Source of the DNA: Octopus vulgaris
Lineage: Eukaryota
Assembly (NCBI GenBank): GCA_951406725.2
Contig: OX597819.1
Coordinates: forward strand, 127,720,001-127,784,000
DNA length: 64,000 nt
Direction of reading: 5' to 3'
In this document: piece after piece, positions 37,962 to 52,124 of the stretch
Layout: every line of letters starts with the position of its first letter
Numbering within the stretch: the stretch's first letter is position 1
Position numbers and translations under genes: made by a program
Notes under the pieces: generated by a model
The model's database searches: none
Seen by the model: the letters and a program-made list of their open reading frames with translations, nothing else
What the model was told of the DNA's origin: nothing

Positions 37962-38829
37962 GTCACAACTTAGGGGGTCAACAAAAGAAACCGCTGACCG
38001 CAGCGAGATTTGAACTCAAAACGCAAAGAATCGGAACAAATGCCACAAGGTATTAATTTTGCCAGTCTACCATCCCTAGTAAAATAATAAGAGAAATATT
38101 GAGATGAAAAAGTGAACCATTTAGAAACTCATGATGATATCTCAGAGGGCCGTTCAATACGCTAGAAATGGCAGCTGAATCTCTCTCAAATCATAGCGCT
38201 ATCAGTATTGTATATAACGTAGACACCCTTAGAAATCTAGAATGATAAGCGCTGCCCTAGTCCAAAAAAAAAAAAAAAGATCACATAGAACCAATAACAC
38301 ATGCAATACTTTAGAACCTACGGAAGTCTCACCACACAACGTTTCTTTATCGAATCAAATCAGGTTGCAAAGAGCACAAAATATCGCATCACAGACTACG
38401 ATTATAGCAACTACACGCACCAAAGATACACACATACACACACATACATAGAGAAACAAAAACAATAAAAGGAACGTCAAAATAGCCATGAAACATTAGT
38501 AATATGTTGGGATAAACAGCCCTTAGTAAAAGTTAAGAAAAGCAACAACTGTCACACCTTGACAGAGCTTAATACGTCCGTTTATACTGTAGACATCTAT
38601 GAGAACCAGCGGAGCAAACTGACTGAAAGACCAGCTAAATCTTCAATTTACATCTGCTGTCTTTAATAATGGAAGAGCGCATTAGATAATTATGTTCATG
38701 ATTCAGTGTGTCCAGGATAGATAAATAATAAGCTAGAACACCGCTCTGAAAGTAACTAAAAATTATCGGAGGGTTTTATATTCTAGGCACACACACACGT
38801 ACATATATATACATACATACACATATATA

Positions 38830-38972
38830 TACTCTCTCTTTTACTCTTTTACTTGTTTCAGTCATTTGACTGCGGCCATGCTGGAGCACCGCCTTTAGTC
38901 GAGCAAATCGACCCCGGGACTTATTCTTTGTAAGCCCAGTACTTATTCTATCGGTCTCTTTTGCCGAACCGC

Positions 38973-38973
<1 letters not shown>
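38830..38973 (-). mobile_element. SINE B 3' part
   Basis: near identical to the 59440-59572 tail. Confidence 0.9.
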
Positions 38974-39006
<33 letters not shown>

Positions 39007-39008
<2 letters not shown>

Positions 39009-39300
39009 AAGCACTCCGTCGTATACGACGACGAGGGTCCCAGCTGATACGATCAACGGAACAGCCTGCTCGTGAAATTAACGTGCAAGTGACTGAGTAA
39101 TCCACAGACATGTGTAACCCTAATATAAGGGAGATTCAGCGTGAGACAAAGTGTGACAAGGCTGGCCCTTGAAATACAGGTACATCTCATTTTTGCCAGC
39201 TGAGTGGATTGGAGCAACGTGAAATAAAGTGTCTTGCTCAAGGATACAACGCGTCGCCGGGAATCGAACTCACGAACCTAACCACTAAGCCATGCGCCTC
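39007..39300 (-). mobile_element. SINE family E (tRNA head, CORE-like segment, tail type 2)
   Basis: gttgtatccttgagcaagacacttt followed by the tail shared with 32462-32645. Confidence 0.85.
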
Positions 39301-39439
39301 ACTATATATATATATATATATTATTGTATTTAGGAATGGTCATTTTGCCAGTTTAGCCAATAAAAACACACGCACTATATATTTGGTGTTACTTTGCTTC
39401 AGCGTTATTTATTTTTTACATTAATCTTAATCTTTTTTC

Positions 39440-39468
39440 GGCCAGAGTTCTTTCGTCACACTCCTGTG

Positions 39469-39474
<6 letters not shown>
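39440..39474 (-). ncRNA. 5'-truncated hammerhead-like motif
   Basis: minus: TGA g gtcac aggagt gtgac GAAA GAACTC tggcc; 5' core lost at the (TG)n edge. Confidence 0.45.
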
Positions 39475-39557
<83 letters not shown>

Positions 39558-39559
<2 letters not shown>

Positions 39560-39750
39560 CGGGAATGTTTACGAAAATAAACAAAAGACGAAGGCAGGTG
39601 GAGGACACACAAACAAATGTATGAGTATAGCGCTCAGGAATAGAAATAGAAAAAGTATTTTACGTTTCGAGCCTACGCTCTTCGACAGAAAGATACACAG
39701 AAAAAAACAAGGAGAGAAACAATGAGAGAAAAAAATGCGTGTAGGTGCTA
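39558..39750 (-). mobile_element. PLE-type terminal repeat containing a hammerhead (39656-39693)
   Basis: minus: tcttt CTGTCGA agagcgtaggctc GAAACGTA aaata; homologous to 42995-43160. Confidence 0.75.
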
Positions 39751-40219
39751 ACGATCTATCATGTTATATATATAACAAGCGTACCATGTTTGCATACAAA
39801 CATAAATAATTAGCAATTTCAAGTTAATTTCAATCACAAAAAGTTCCCCTATAACTATAATTCTTAGATAGATAGATAGATAGGCGGACGGACGGATAGA
39901 CGGACGGACGGACAGACGGACGGACGGACGGACAGTTATACCCATACGGATAATCAGGCTTAAAAGGTATCTTCGAATCACGATGTAATTCAAGTTTAAA
40001 GTGTAAATCATTAAGCGTCCTCTAAAAAAAGACATGGACGACAGCCGTTGAGAACTGTGCTCTCTCCCTCTAGCTGAGCATACGACGTATAATTTGAACC
40101 ATTGCTAAATATGTATTCGAGTGCGAGGGTGTGTGGTGTATGCTGTTTGCGTAAGAGCTTCCTCATGCGTCGACATATGTCTACTTGTTGAAGGATGTCT
40201 ATTTTGGTGTGTAATTCCG

Positions 40220-42260
40220 TATGCATGTGTGTTTGTGCGTGTATGTGTATGTGTGTGCGTGCGTGTGTATGTGAGTATGTGCACGTGCTTGTGTGTGTGT
40301 GTATGTCTGAGTGTTTGCGTGCTTGTGTGTGTGTGTGCGTGTGTATGTGTGTGCGTGTGTCTGAGTGTGTGCACATGCTTGTGTGTGTGTGTATGTCTGA
40401 GTGCTTGCGTGCTTGTGTGTGTGTGCGTGTGTGTGTCCGTGCGTGTGTGTGTGTGTGTGTGTGCGTGAGTGTGTCTGAGTGTGTACACGTGCTTGATGGT
40501 GTGTGTATGTCTAAGTGTTTGCGTGCTTGTATGTGTGTGTCTGAATGTGTATTTGTGCGCGTGTGTGTGTGTGTGTGAGTGTGTGTGTAAGTGATAATGT
40601 GTGAGATGACGTGTTTAACTTAGACAATAATGAATGTATTGAAAGTTTTGCGAAATTAATGGTTAGAATTTCCCTGATTTTTAATCAGATATCATCGTGG
40701 AAGATATATGAGAAGTGGAAAGAGAAAGACGGACGACGATTCTTAATCACTTAAAATATTTCCTTGCGCAATTATCTACGATTTAAAATAAGACTTCCAT
40801 TTATTCAGCTGAGATAGGAGAACACAGAAATCAATAGATAAATATGTGTGGGAGGGATTGCGTGTGTGTGTGCAGATATATATGTACGTATGTATCTATG
40901 GATGTATGTATGTATGTATGTATGTGTTGTGTGTATGTGTGTATGTATGTATGTATGTATGTGTGTATGTATGTATGTATGTATGTATGTGTGTGTGTAT
41001 GTATGTATGTATGTATGTGTGTGTGTATAAAGTATCCCGGTCTTGCTTTCTATCACACGTGTGTACGCACACACAAACACAACTATACAGTTACACACAC
41101 ACACATACACACACATACACACACACATACATACATACGCACACATACAGACACACACGCACGCACACATATACACACACATACGCACACACACACACAT
41201 ACACACACACGCACACACACACATACACACACACGCACACACACATACAGATACACACACACGCACACACACATACACACACACACACACACAAACAAAC
41301 ACAAACACACATAGACACATACACACACATCAAAGGAATCTTTCGAATGCATTCCCACCTATTGACGATGTCTGGCAATTCTACTCCTCCCCCACAAAAA
41401 AGCCTGGCTTTCTTTCGTCCTTGTAGTATTTAGTTTTAATTCATAAAAATGGTAAATAAAACGGACAGCACTACTTGAGTCGATGATGTTTCCAAGAGTC
41501 TCCTGTAAATTGCCTTCTTTCTAAAAAACTACGAAAATAGCTCGACTTATCTATCTATATGTCATTTTCTATCTCTTTTCATATTTAACACAATTGTTGC
41601 TTCTGCTAAACCATAAAATGTTCACTTATACTCCTATACATACATACATACATACATACATACATACATACATACATACATACATACATACATACATACA
41701 TACATACATACATACATACACATACATACATACACACACACACATACATACATACATACATACATACATACATACATACATACATACACACACACACATA
41801 CATACATACATACATACATACATACATACATACATACATACATACACACACACATACACACATACATACACACACACACATACATACATACATACATGCA
41901 TACATACATGCATGCATACATACATACATGCATACAAACATACATACATACATACATGCATACATACATACATACATACATACATGCATGCATGCATTCA
42001 TACATATATACATACGTACATACATACGTACGTACATACATACATACATACGTACATACATACGTACGTACATACATACATAGATACATACATACTTACA
42101 TACATACATACATACATACATACGTACATACATACATATATGCATACATACATACAAACATACATACATACATGCATATATACATACATACATACATACA
42201 TGCATACATACATACATACATACATACATACATACATACATACATACATACATGCATACA
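40220..42260. repeat. (GT)n-derived minisatellite, (TATG)n, (CA)n and a ~620-bp (TACA)n array at 41637-42260
   Basis: direct reading. Confidence 0.9.
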
Positions 42261-42264
42261 CAAA

Positions 42265-42483
42265 TACGAAGCGATGCTGAAAAGTTCCTGTCTTTGGGTA
42301 GAAAAAAGAAAACGGGAGGATTTTATGATTTTATCCAATATATTCCCATCTCAAACTTACAAACTTATTGCTGTGGTTCTTCAGTTTTTCTAAGCCCTCT
42401 AAAAGCACTCAGAAGGTTAGCTCTTAAAGGTTGGACCATAAAGGTTGGGCCTTCGCAATGCCCTTAAAGCCAGGAACCTTTTA
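42265..42483. mobile_element. mariner-derived MITE, opposite orientation to 19030
   Basis: tacgaagcgatgctgaaaagttcctg ... gccaggaaccttt. Confidence 0.8.
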
Positions 42484-42994
42484 CACACATACATACAAAC
42501 ACATACATACATGCATATATAAAGCTAAAGATCAACAGAAAAAAACCCACACCTATTCTGAACTATTGAGAAAACTTCTATTACTCTATTCCGATTAAAA
42601 TTTCATGTCTATACCTGTATTTATTTAGGCGCTTGTATATGTAATTCGCTCTCTAAGTACTGATCTTAGGCTTCTCAAAAGCAGAAAGGAGAAAGCTGAT
42701 TGGAAGCCATTACTGGAACTGTAAAGATTTGTAAAACTTTCCAGAAGTTTATTATATATGTATGTATAAGCATGTCTAGACATGCAGCTATATGCATGAA
42801 AATACAAATATCAACGAAAACAAACAAATATACACATGTCCTTCCTCCAAATATTGTACATATACAGACATGCATGCAAAAATACCCTGCTGATGCTGTT
42901 GAAATTTCAATGGAGAAAACGACTTATACTCTATTGGCGAGAAATCTTCAAATGAAACTGAATAATTACATACATGCACGCATGCAAACATAGC

Positions 42995-43159
42995 CACTAC
43001 ACACATTTTTTTCTCTCTCCTTGTTTTTTCTGTCTCTTACTGTAGAAGAGCGTAGGCTCGAAACGTAAAAGACTTTTTCTATTCCTGAGCGTTATACTAA
43101 TACATCTGTTTGTTTTGTACACCACCTGTCTTCGTCTTTTTTTATTCGTAAACTCTCCC

Positions 43160-43160
<1 letters not shown>
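42995..43160 (+). mobile_element. PLE-type terminal repeat containing a hammerhead (43035-43072)
   Basis: tctta CTGTAGA agagcgtaggctc GAAACGTA aaaga; ends at (TA)n. Confidence 0.75.
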
Positions 43161-43228
<68 letters not shown>

Positions 43229-43613
43229 GCTGAGAGGATGGCCATAAGCTATCCTAAAACTGGAGAACTGATACGAAGTGATGGTGCTTAGCTGTGCGAA
43301 AAATTTAGTCTACAACAGATAGCAGCCATCGTAGGATTTGAAACCAGTATGGAAAGAACGAAAACAAATACCACAAGGTATCCAGTTCCAGTAGTTCATA
43401 AACAATGCAATCTTCTCTCTCGGGAAAGTGAAAAAACGAAACTCGTCAATACGACATTTTAGCAAAATATGATGGATTCGTATAGCAATAGACAGAACGC
43501 TATTAATATTGTTTAAAAAAACGTTATATGATATAACAGAAAGAGTAGGGATATTAATAGTGAATGTTAAATATAAAGGAAATTAAAGTTTAAACTATAT
43601 ATAATGATAGAGA

Positions 43614-44182
43614 CTACTTATATGCACTAAAAGTATGTTTCTGCCAATGCTTACATCTGTATGCTCGTTCTATAACCGTGTTTACTAGAGTATTTTTAGA
43701 AAAAAATAATGAAAAATAGCTCAGAATTGCAGAGAAGACAGAATTTCTTGCCTTTGTCATATGGTATCGAAATTGAGAGGATCAACCATTCTAAATGAAA
43801 TTGTTCATTGTGGTCTTTTAAATCCCAAATCAGTTTGCTGAGACCGGTACTATTCCGTTTATTTCTATCCCTAAATGTTGAGTAATGGATAGAAATTCTT
43901 TTAGATAACTCTAACGATGTGCTTCCAATGTAAAATCGTACTTTATTACGAGTACTGATTATACACTGGTATATAGAATTTTTAATCTTAGAGTTACTTG
44001 ACATAAATTTAATTCTATTGGAATTGACTTCAGATACAACAACCTTGTTATTAATATTTCTAGAGGGATGGATGGTATTAGCTAAATTAATGTTAGTATT
44101 AGTAAATGTATTAATATTTAGCAGTTTGTTATTATGAGAAGATATAATTTGCAAGAGATTTTTTGTGTTTGAAAAACCTATC

Positions 44183-44185
<3 letters not shown>
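43614..44185 (-). pseudogene. Penelope-like element GIY-YIG endonuclease domain, 5'-truncated, one frameshift
   Basis: IISSHNNKLL...SIYQC...FYIGST...KRISIH...STGLSKLIWDLK...CLLCNSE; after a shift in the T run, LVN...CKH. Confidence 0.9.
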
Positions 44186-44219
<34 letters not shown>

Positions 44220-44730
44220 AATATGTATTATGTATATATATATATATATATATATAAACTATACACCTATTTGTTGCTAGTATACCTGCCTTCGCCTTTT
44301 GGTTTTTGTAAATTTGAAATGTGTGTGTGTGTGTGTGTGTGGAAATCGATGTTACAGTTATACAAGGTGGACAAATTCTTTGATCGTAAAGCTGGAGAAG
44401 AAGCTTGTAATGTCTCGCTCTTTGGCCGGTCATTGAAGGGAATTACGGTCGAGGGTGTATATGTTTATACGAGATGTATGAGTGCTTAGATGTGGGCGTC
44501 TGAAGCGTGTATATCTGTTATGCATGCATATTTGCTATATGTGTGTGTGAGTAAGCTGGCGTATGGATGAGAGCTGATGGAATCAGGTTGTTGCTAAATA
44601 TGTGCACGTCTGCTAGGCTGTGTCCGAATGGACACGGTTGCGATCAGTCATGTGTGAACACTCGTGCGAGCGAATATGTGGATGTATGTGTCAGCTGTGT
44701 ATATCAGCTGCGTGTGTAATCAGTTGTGTA

Positions 44731-44774
<44 letters not shown>

Positions 44775-44775
<1 letters not shown>

Positions 44776-45145
44776 GTCCTACCACTTGCCAACCGGTGTC
44801 GGCTTATTTATGTTCCCCGTTTACGGCAAAAGAAACTTTAGAATAAGTACCAGACTTGAAAAAGAAAATATAAAAAAAACATAATTTGGGGTGGATTCGT
44901 TCGACTACAAACACTTCATGGCGGTGCCCCAGCATGGACGCATTCTAATAACTGAAACAAATAAACGAGAAAAGATACAAATATATTTATATTTTATAAT
45001 ACATATTACAGATATATTCTTTCATTCATTACTTGTTGCAGTCATTTGACTGTGGCCATGCTGGTGCACCGCCTTAAAAGGTCTTTAGTCGAACAAGTCA
45101 ACCCTAGGACTTATTCTTTGAAACCTAATACTTATACTATCGGTC
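44775..45145. mobile_element. two SINE B 3' halves, tail to tail
   Basis: + at 44775-44980 and - at 45015-45145. Confidence 0.75.
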
Positions 45146-45153
45146 CTTATATT

Positions 45154-45192
<39 letters not shown>

Positions 45193-45217
45193 CTGTGTGT
45201 GTGTGCGTGTGTGCATA

Positions 45218-46029
45218 TTGAAGGTTGCCCAGAAGTCACTGAGGGCTTTTAATTTTGAATAACTCCCTTATTTTTACGAATAGGTGTATGAAATTTTAAT
45301 TCCATATAGAGGATATAATGGAGATGAATTTGCATTTGTGCTTTTTCATCATACCTCTGCATTACGTATAAAAATGACATCTTTTAAATGGCGTCCATTT
45401 TCAGCTTCACACTTTAGAGGGTGCAATTCTTTTTGATGTACTGCTCTCAGATTCTCAGAGCCTCAAACCCGGCAATTTTATCTGCTGATGAACCTATTTA
45501 AATGAAAGTGTGCTTCATCAGACATGGTCAATTTTTGTGTAAAATTTGGGTAATTTCGTGTAATGGATTCTGACAGCGTATTGGAGCCTGTGTTCATAGT
45601 CCTGTATCGAAAAAGGTTAAACCTGCAGAGAATTCTTTGCAACGAAGTTTGTGAAATCGACGTTTCCTAGATTCTGTTCAATACTCTCTAACACTCGTTC
45701 CCTTACCTAATCATCAGTTCTGACAGTACGAGGTCTCGCAGATCGTGAGAGATCAATTACTGCCCCTTCTTTTTCGAACTAAGTTACTAATTGTGTTTTC
45801 TCTTGGGGCATCTCTCATTTGAAAGTGCCAAAAATAGGCTCTGAATAACTGACCCCTAATTCTCATAGAACAATTTCTCAACTTGGGTCTGTTGTGCGAT
45901 GCCATATTTTTACATAATTAATTTCCAGGACCTAATCAATAAACTTCCTATGAAGAAAACAGAAATGGCAAAAAATAAAATAATTGTCAAAAATTGCGAT
46001 CCTTCAGTGAATTTTGGGCCACTCTGTAT
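45218..46029 (-). mobile_element. Tc1/mariner-superfamily element, internally deleted
   Basis: TIRs ggttgcccagaagtcactgaggg / ccttcagtgaattttgggccactctg; SDEAHFHLN motif on minus. Confidence 0.8.
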
Positions 46030-46104
46030 ACATATATTCATACGTATATAGGAATCAATTTAAACGAAATAACCACCACACGGCTAAACCCACACTTCAC
46101 GCGG

Positions 46105-46380
<276 letters not shown>

Positions 46381-46574
46381 TATTTTTATGTAGATATAAA
46401 GAAATAAAAGATTAAAAGAATACATATGTATGCATGTATGTATGTATGTATGAATACATATATGTATATATATATGTATACGTATACATATATGTATGAA
46501 TATGTATATACATATATATGTGTGTGTGTATATATATGCACAAATATGCACACACACACACATATAATATATAT

Positions 46575-46615
<41 letters not shown>

Positions 46616-46617
46616 CT

Positions 46618-46650
<33 letters not shown>

Positions 46651-46651
46651 G

Positions 46652-46706
<55 letters not shown>

Positions 46707-46715
46707 AATATATAC

Positions 46716-46777
<62 letters not shown>

Positions 46778-47135
46778 TGTTTAGTAATTACGATATTAAT
46801 AAACTAGTGTAGAACTCAATACCTGTTTGGTTCTGAACGAAGCGTGGGTCGGGCACAGAGCGGTAACAAGAGGACAGCTGACAAATTAATACACAATTAT
46901 CTTATAAACTTCACAAGTTTACCGCTTTTTCTGATGTAAGATGCGCGGGGGGGGGGGGGGCTTATAGTCGAGTGCCTTATTAACAACTCACAATTGCATC
47001 GGAGCCTTAAACATGAAGCACATGCGCGTGTGTGTGTGTGTGTGTGTATGTGTGTGTATGTGCGTGCGTTTGTGTGAATGCGTGCGTGTATGCGAGCGTG
47101 TATGCATGTGTCTGTGCGTGTGTGTGTGTGTGTTT

Positions 47136-47370
47136 AACCTATTTCTTTACTACCCACAAGGGGCTAAACACAGAGGGGGACAAACAAAGACAGACAAACG
47201 GATTAAGTCGATTACATCGACCCCAGTGCGTAACTGGTACTTAATTTATCGACACCGAAAGGATGAAAGGCAAAGTCGACCTTGGCGGAATTTGAACTCA
47301 GAACGTAGCAGCAGACGGAATACCGCTGAGCATTTCGCCCGGCGTGCTAACGTTTCTGCCAGCTCGCCGC
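47136..47370 (-). mobile_element. SINE A
   Basis: full unit. Confidence 0.9.
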
Positions 47371-47461
47371 CTCCATACACCTATATGTTTGTCTATGTGT
47401 GTGCACATACAAATATATATACGCATACACACATACTGATATCCACACTTACAATTGTATG

Positions 47462-47495
<34 letters not shown>

Positions 47496-47619
47496 TGTAT
47501 GTATGTATGTATGTATCTATGTATGTATCTATGTATGTATCTATGTATCTATGTATGTATGTATGTATGTATGTATGTGTGTGTGTGTGTGTGCGTGTGT
47601 GTATGTATGTATTTTTTTT

Positions 47620-48018
47620 TTTACTTGTTTCAGTCATTTGACTGCGGCCATGCTGGAGCACCGCCTTTAGTCGAACAAATCGACCCTGGGACTTATTCTT
47701 TGTAAGCCCAGTACTTATTCTATCGAACACTTTTTGCCGAACCGCTAAGTTACGGGGACGTAAACACACCAGCATCGGTTGTCAAGCAATGCTAGGGGGG
47801 CAAACACAGACACACAAGTACACACACATACATATATATATATACATATATACGACAGGCTTCTTTCAATTTCCGTCTACCAAATCCACTCACAAGGCAT
47901 TGGTCAGCCCGGGGCTATAGTAGAAGACACTTGCCCAAGATGCCACGCAGTGGGACTGAACCCGGAACCATGTAGTTGGTAAGCAAGCTACTTACCACAC
48001 AGCCACTCCTGCGCCTAT
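47620..48018 (-). mobile_element. SINE B, full length
   Basis: both halves present with a short internal microsatellite. Confidence 0.92.
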
Positions 48019-48460
48019 GTATGTATGTATGTATGTATGTATGTATGTATGTATGTTTGTATGTATGTATGTATGTATGTATGTATGTTATGTATGGATG
48101 GATGTATGTATGTATGCATGTATGTATGGATGTATGTATGTATAGATGTATGTATGTTATGTATGTATGGATGTATATATGTATGGATGTATGTATGTAT
48201 GTATGGATGTATGTATGGATGTATGTATGGATGTATGTATGTATGTATGTATGTATGTATGCATGTATGTATGGATATATGTATGTATGGATATATGTAT
48301 GGATGTATGTATGGATGTATGTATGTATGTGTGTATGTATGGATGGATGTATGTATGTATGTATGTATGTATGTATGTATGTATGTATGTATGTATGTAT
48401 GTATGTATGTATGTATGTATGTATGAGTGTATGTACATATATGAGTGTATGTATGTATGA
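48017..48460. repeat. (TATG)/(GATG)n array
   Basis: direct reading. Confidence 0.95.
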
Positions 48461-48840
48461 CATTTATCTGCAAAAACTTGACGCTGAAAACTAATTGTAT
48501 TACTTCTTGGTCAGGTTCATTTCTTAGATGTTGAGCGAAGGGAGGTAACTCTGGCTGCATTGGTTCCTGTCAATATTTGCAGTGCTGAGGCAAAATAGCT
48601 GTAAATCTGTATGAGACGGGATGAGTTGCAGTGTAATGAGGAACCACTGTAGGGACGTTGATGGCTGAATGTGTAGTAGTAGTAGTAGCATGCTTTGGTT
48701 GTGAATGATGGGGAGTTGGCGCGTTGCTGGTAACGTAATAGTAATAGAAGATTTAAAGAATTTGATTGTGTGTACTTAGTACTATTCGACTACATGTCTG
48801 TCTATCTGTCTGCCTGCCTGTCTGTCTGTCTGTCTTTCTT

Positions 48841-48881
<41 letters not shown>

Positions 48882-48924
48882 ATACCTACCTATCTCTCTC
48901 TCTCTCTCTCTATCTATCTATTTA

Positions 48925-48957
<33 letters not shown>

Positions 48958-48988
48958 ATATACCTATCTCTCTCTCACTTTCTCTCTT

Positions 48989-49028
<40 letters not shown>

Positions 49029-49041
49029 CCCATACTATATA

Positions 49042-49072
<31 letters not shown>

Positions 49073-49187
49073 GCATACATATATATGTGAATGTACATAT
49101 ATATACAAATATATACATATATATATATATATATACAGAAGTATATATATATATATAATAAAAGCATAGAAATTATTTACTCTTATC

Positions 49188-49221
<34 letters not shown>

Positions 49222-49311
49222 ACATCAGACTTTTATGATTAAATACACACACACACACACACACATTAGACCTTGATTTTAGCCATAAGATTGAGAAGCA
49301 ATTATATATAT

Positions 49312-49897
<586 letters not shown>

Positions 49898-49899
49898 AG

Positions 49900-49933
<34 letters not shown>

Positions 49934-49934
<1 letters not shown>

Positions 49935-50961
49935 TAGCATTAAAGACCCGTCGTTGCCGGGTCATAGTGCTAGTGCATGTATATATGTGTATATATATCT
50001 GTATATATTACATGTACATCTATATATATACATCTACACATAAAATACAAAGTTATATCTTGATATCGCTAGTGATAACAATACTCAAAATATATAACAG
50101 ACTGGAATTGTTAGCCCGTCTCTTGCAATTTCGATCAATTGTATCTTGTCCTCCCTCTTGTATAGAAGTGTGGCTACAATCCAGCCTACCTCTACTTCTA
50201 GGGGGTTGGGGCATTTTAAATTTTTTTCCGGGACGTCCTACGTCCCAGATATAAAGGTATAAATAAAATATTTTCACTTTGCAAGTTCGAGTCGAGTACT
50301 CCCTTGCACGCTCTGTTGACTCGAACCTTGCTTCTATTGTGGCGAATTTACCGCCTCTGATTATATATCTTTCATAGTCCCACCAACACACTTTTCGAAG
50401 GTGTTTTCCTCCAGGTGTTCAAATCTTCTTTTTTCTCTACATTGTATACTTTATAGACAATAGTCTTTTCTTTAATATAATTTTTTATTCTCCATCTGGA
50501 CTATTCCATTTCTGCACGCTAATTCTATTTTAATTTATTCACATTCATGTGAAACCACTTATTCAAGTTCAAGTCATTGATGCAATTTTATACCAATTGC
50601 TATTTTTACTTTTGTTATGTTACGATTATATTATACTTTAGTTTGATTTTAATTATTACTTATTACATATAATTCAATTGTTATTATTATTTTTATTGTT
50701 AAAGTGAAATTATCTGACATAAAATAAAGAAATGTTTTTGTTTCACTTTTAACACGTAATACTGAAATCGTGGAGAAGATATGATATTGCTATGGGCTCG
50801 CTCTAGGCAAGAAGTTGAACATTTCTTTTGCCCATGAAACTACATGGATCCTAAGTAAGGCATGTGTAAAATTTAAATGAAATTGGTTGTGTAGTTCTCA
50901 AGTTTTAGGGAAACACACAGACAGACAGACACACATTCTCAGTTTTATATATATATGAAGA
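49934..50961 (-). mobile_element. non-autonomous Helitron with captured cargo
   Basis: A|TC start similar to the 14940 end; hairpin gacccggcaacgacgggtc then CTAG|T. Confidence 0.85.
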
Positions 50962-51067
50962 TATATATTATATATATATATATATAATAATAAATATTAG
51001 GGAATGAATCCAAAATTACAGGGAAAAATCAGATTTAGGGTTAAATCCAATTTTATAGTAAAATATT

Positions 51068-51338
51068 ATATAATATAATTCGAGACAAAACCACTATTTT
51101 AAAACCAAACAGGAAAGACTTAATATATAAAATTTTAATATAAATTAAATAAACCGCCACTATATATAGGTGGATTTTCGATCTTCTAATCAGTATCAAA
51201 ATTTGATACTGATTAGAAGATCGAAAATCCACCTGAATGAAACATTTGTAGTGGCGGTTTATTTAATTTATATTAAAATTTTATGTATTGATTAAGTCTT
51301 TCCTTGTTTGGTTTTAAAATAGTGGTTTTGTCTCGAAT

Positions 51339-51348
<10 letters not shown>
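51068..51348. repeat. near-perfect palindrome centred at 51201 (PLE-like fold-back)
   Basis: aggtggattttcgatcttctaatcagtatcaaa a tttgatactgattagaagatcgaaaatccacct; outer arms also pair. Confidence 0.92.
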
Positions 51349-51394
<46 letters not shown>

Positions 51395-51566
51395 TTTAAA
51401 TTTAAATAATTTAAATTTTTTAATTTTATATTTTATATATTTTGTATATTATATTATTTTTTTTAATGTTTTGGTTTATGTTTTTCACTGTTTGATTTGC
51501 CTAATAGTGGTTTTATCTCTAATTTAACTTATATTTATATATATTATATATATTATATATATATAT

Positions 51567-52045
51567 ACAGGGTCAGGCAAAATGATCTGACACATTTGTA
51601 GGTTAAATAAAAGGAAAATGAAGTAAAGAAACAAAAAAGTGTTTTTATTTTTGAAAAGTACATATAATGCCATTTTGTTTCATTATGTTTTAAAAATTAA
51701 ATCAGTCAAATGGGATCCATTATTGTCCACACACCGTCGAAGGCGTTCACGAAAGTTGTCAATAACTCGGCGGGTCATTTCATGTGGAATGGCAGTAATT
51801 TCTTGACGAATTGCATCTTAAGTTGTTCAATAAATCGAGGGCGATTAATGTATACCTTTGACTTGAGGTATCCCCAGAGAAAAAAATCGCATATCTTCCA
51901 TGACGAAGCTCGTCTTCTAGGCTGTATTTTCCTGCTCGGAATTTCTGGAACCACCGTTGACACTGGCTTATGCTTATTGTCCGATCTGCATATACTGCAC
52001 TTTTCGTTGCGTTGTTGCCTTTATTGAACTCGTAAAGCAAACTAT
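51567..52045 (-). mobile_element. fused Tc1/mariner fragments
   Basis: LYEFNKGNNAT...QRWFQKFRAG..SLEDE..GR joined to CDFFLWGYLKSKVY; TIR at 51567. Confidence 0.85.
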
Positions 52046-52124
52046 ATTTGAGTCAGTGTATGTGAAAGTATGTATGTTTTGTATTATACATATTTTATAT
52101 ATACTGTGATGCACATAGTTGCAT

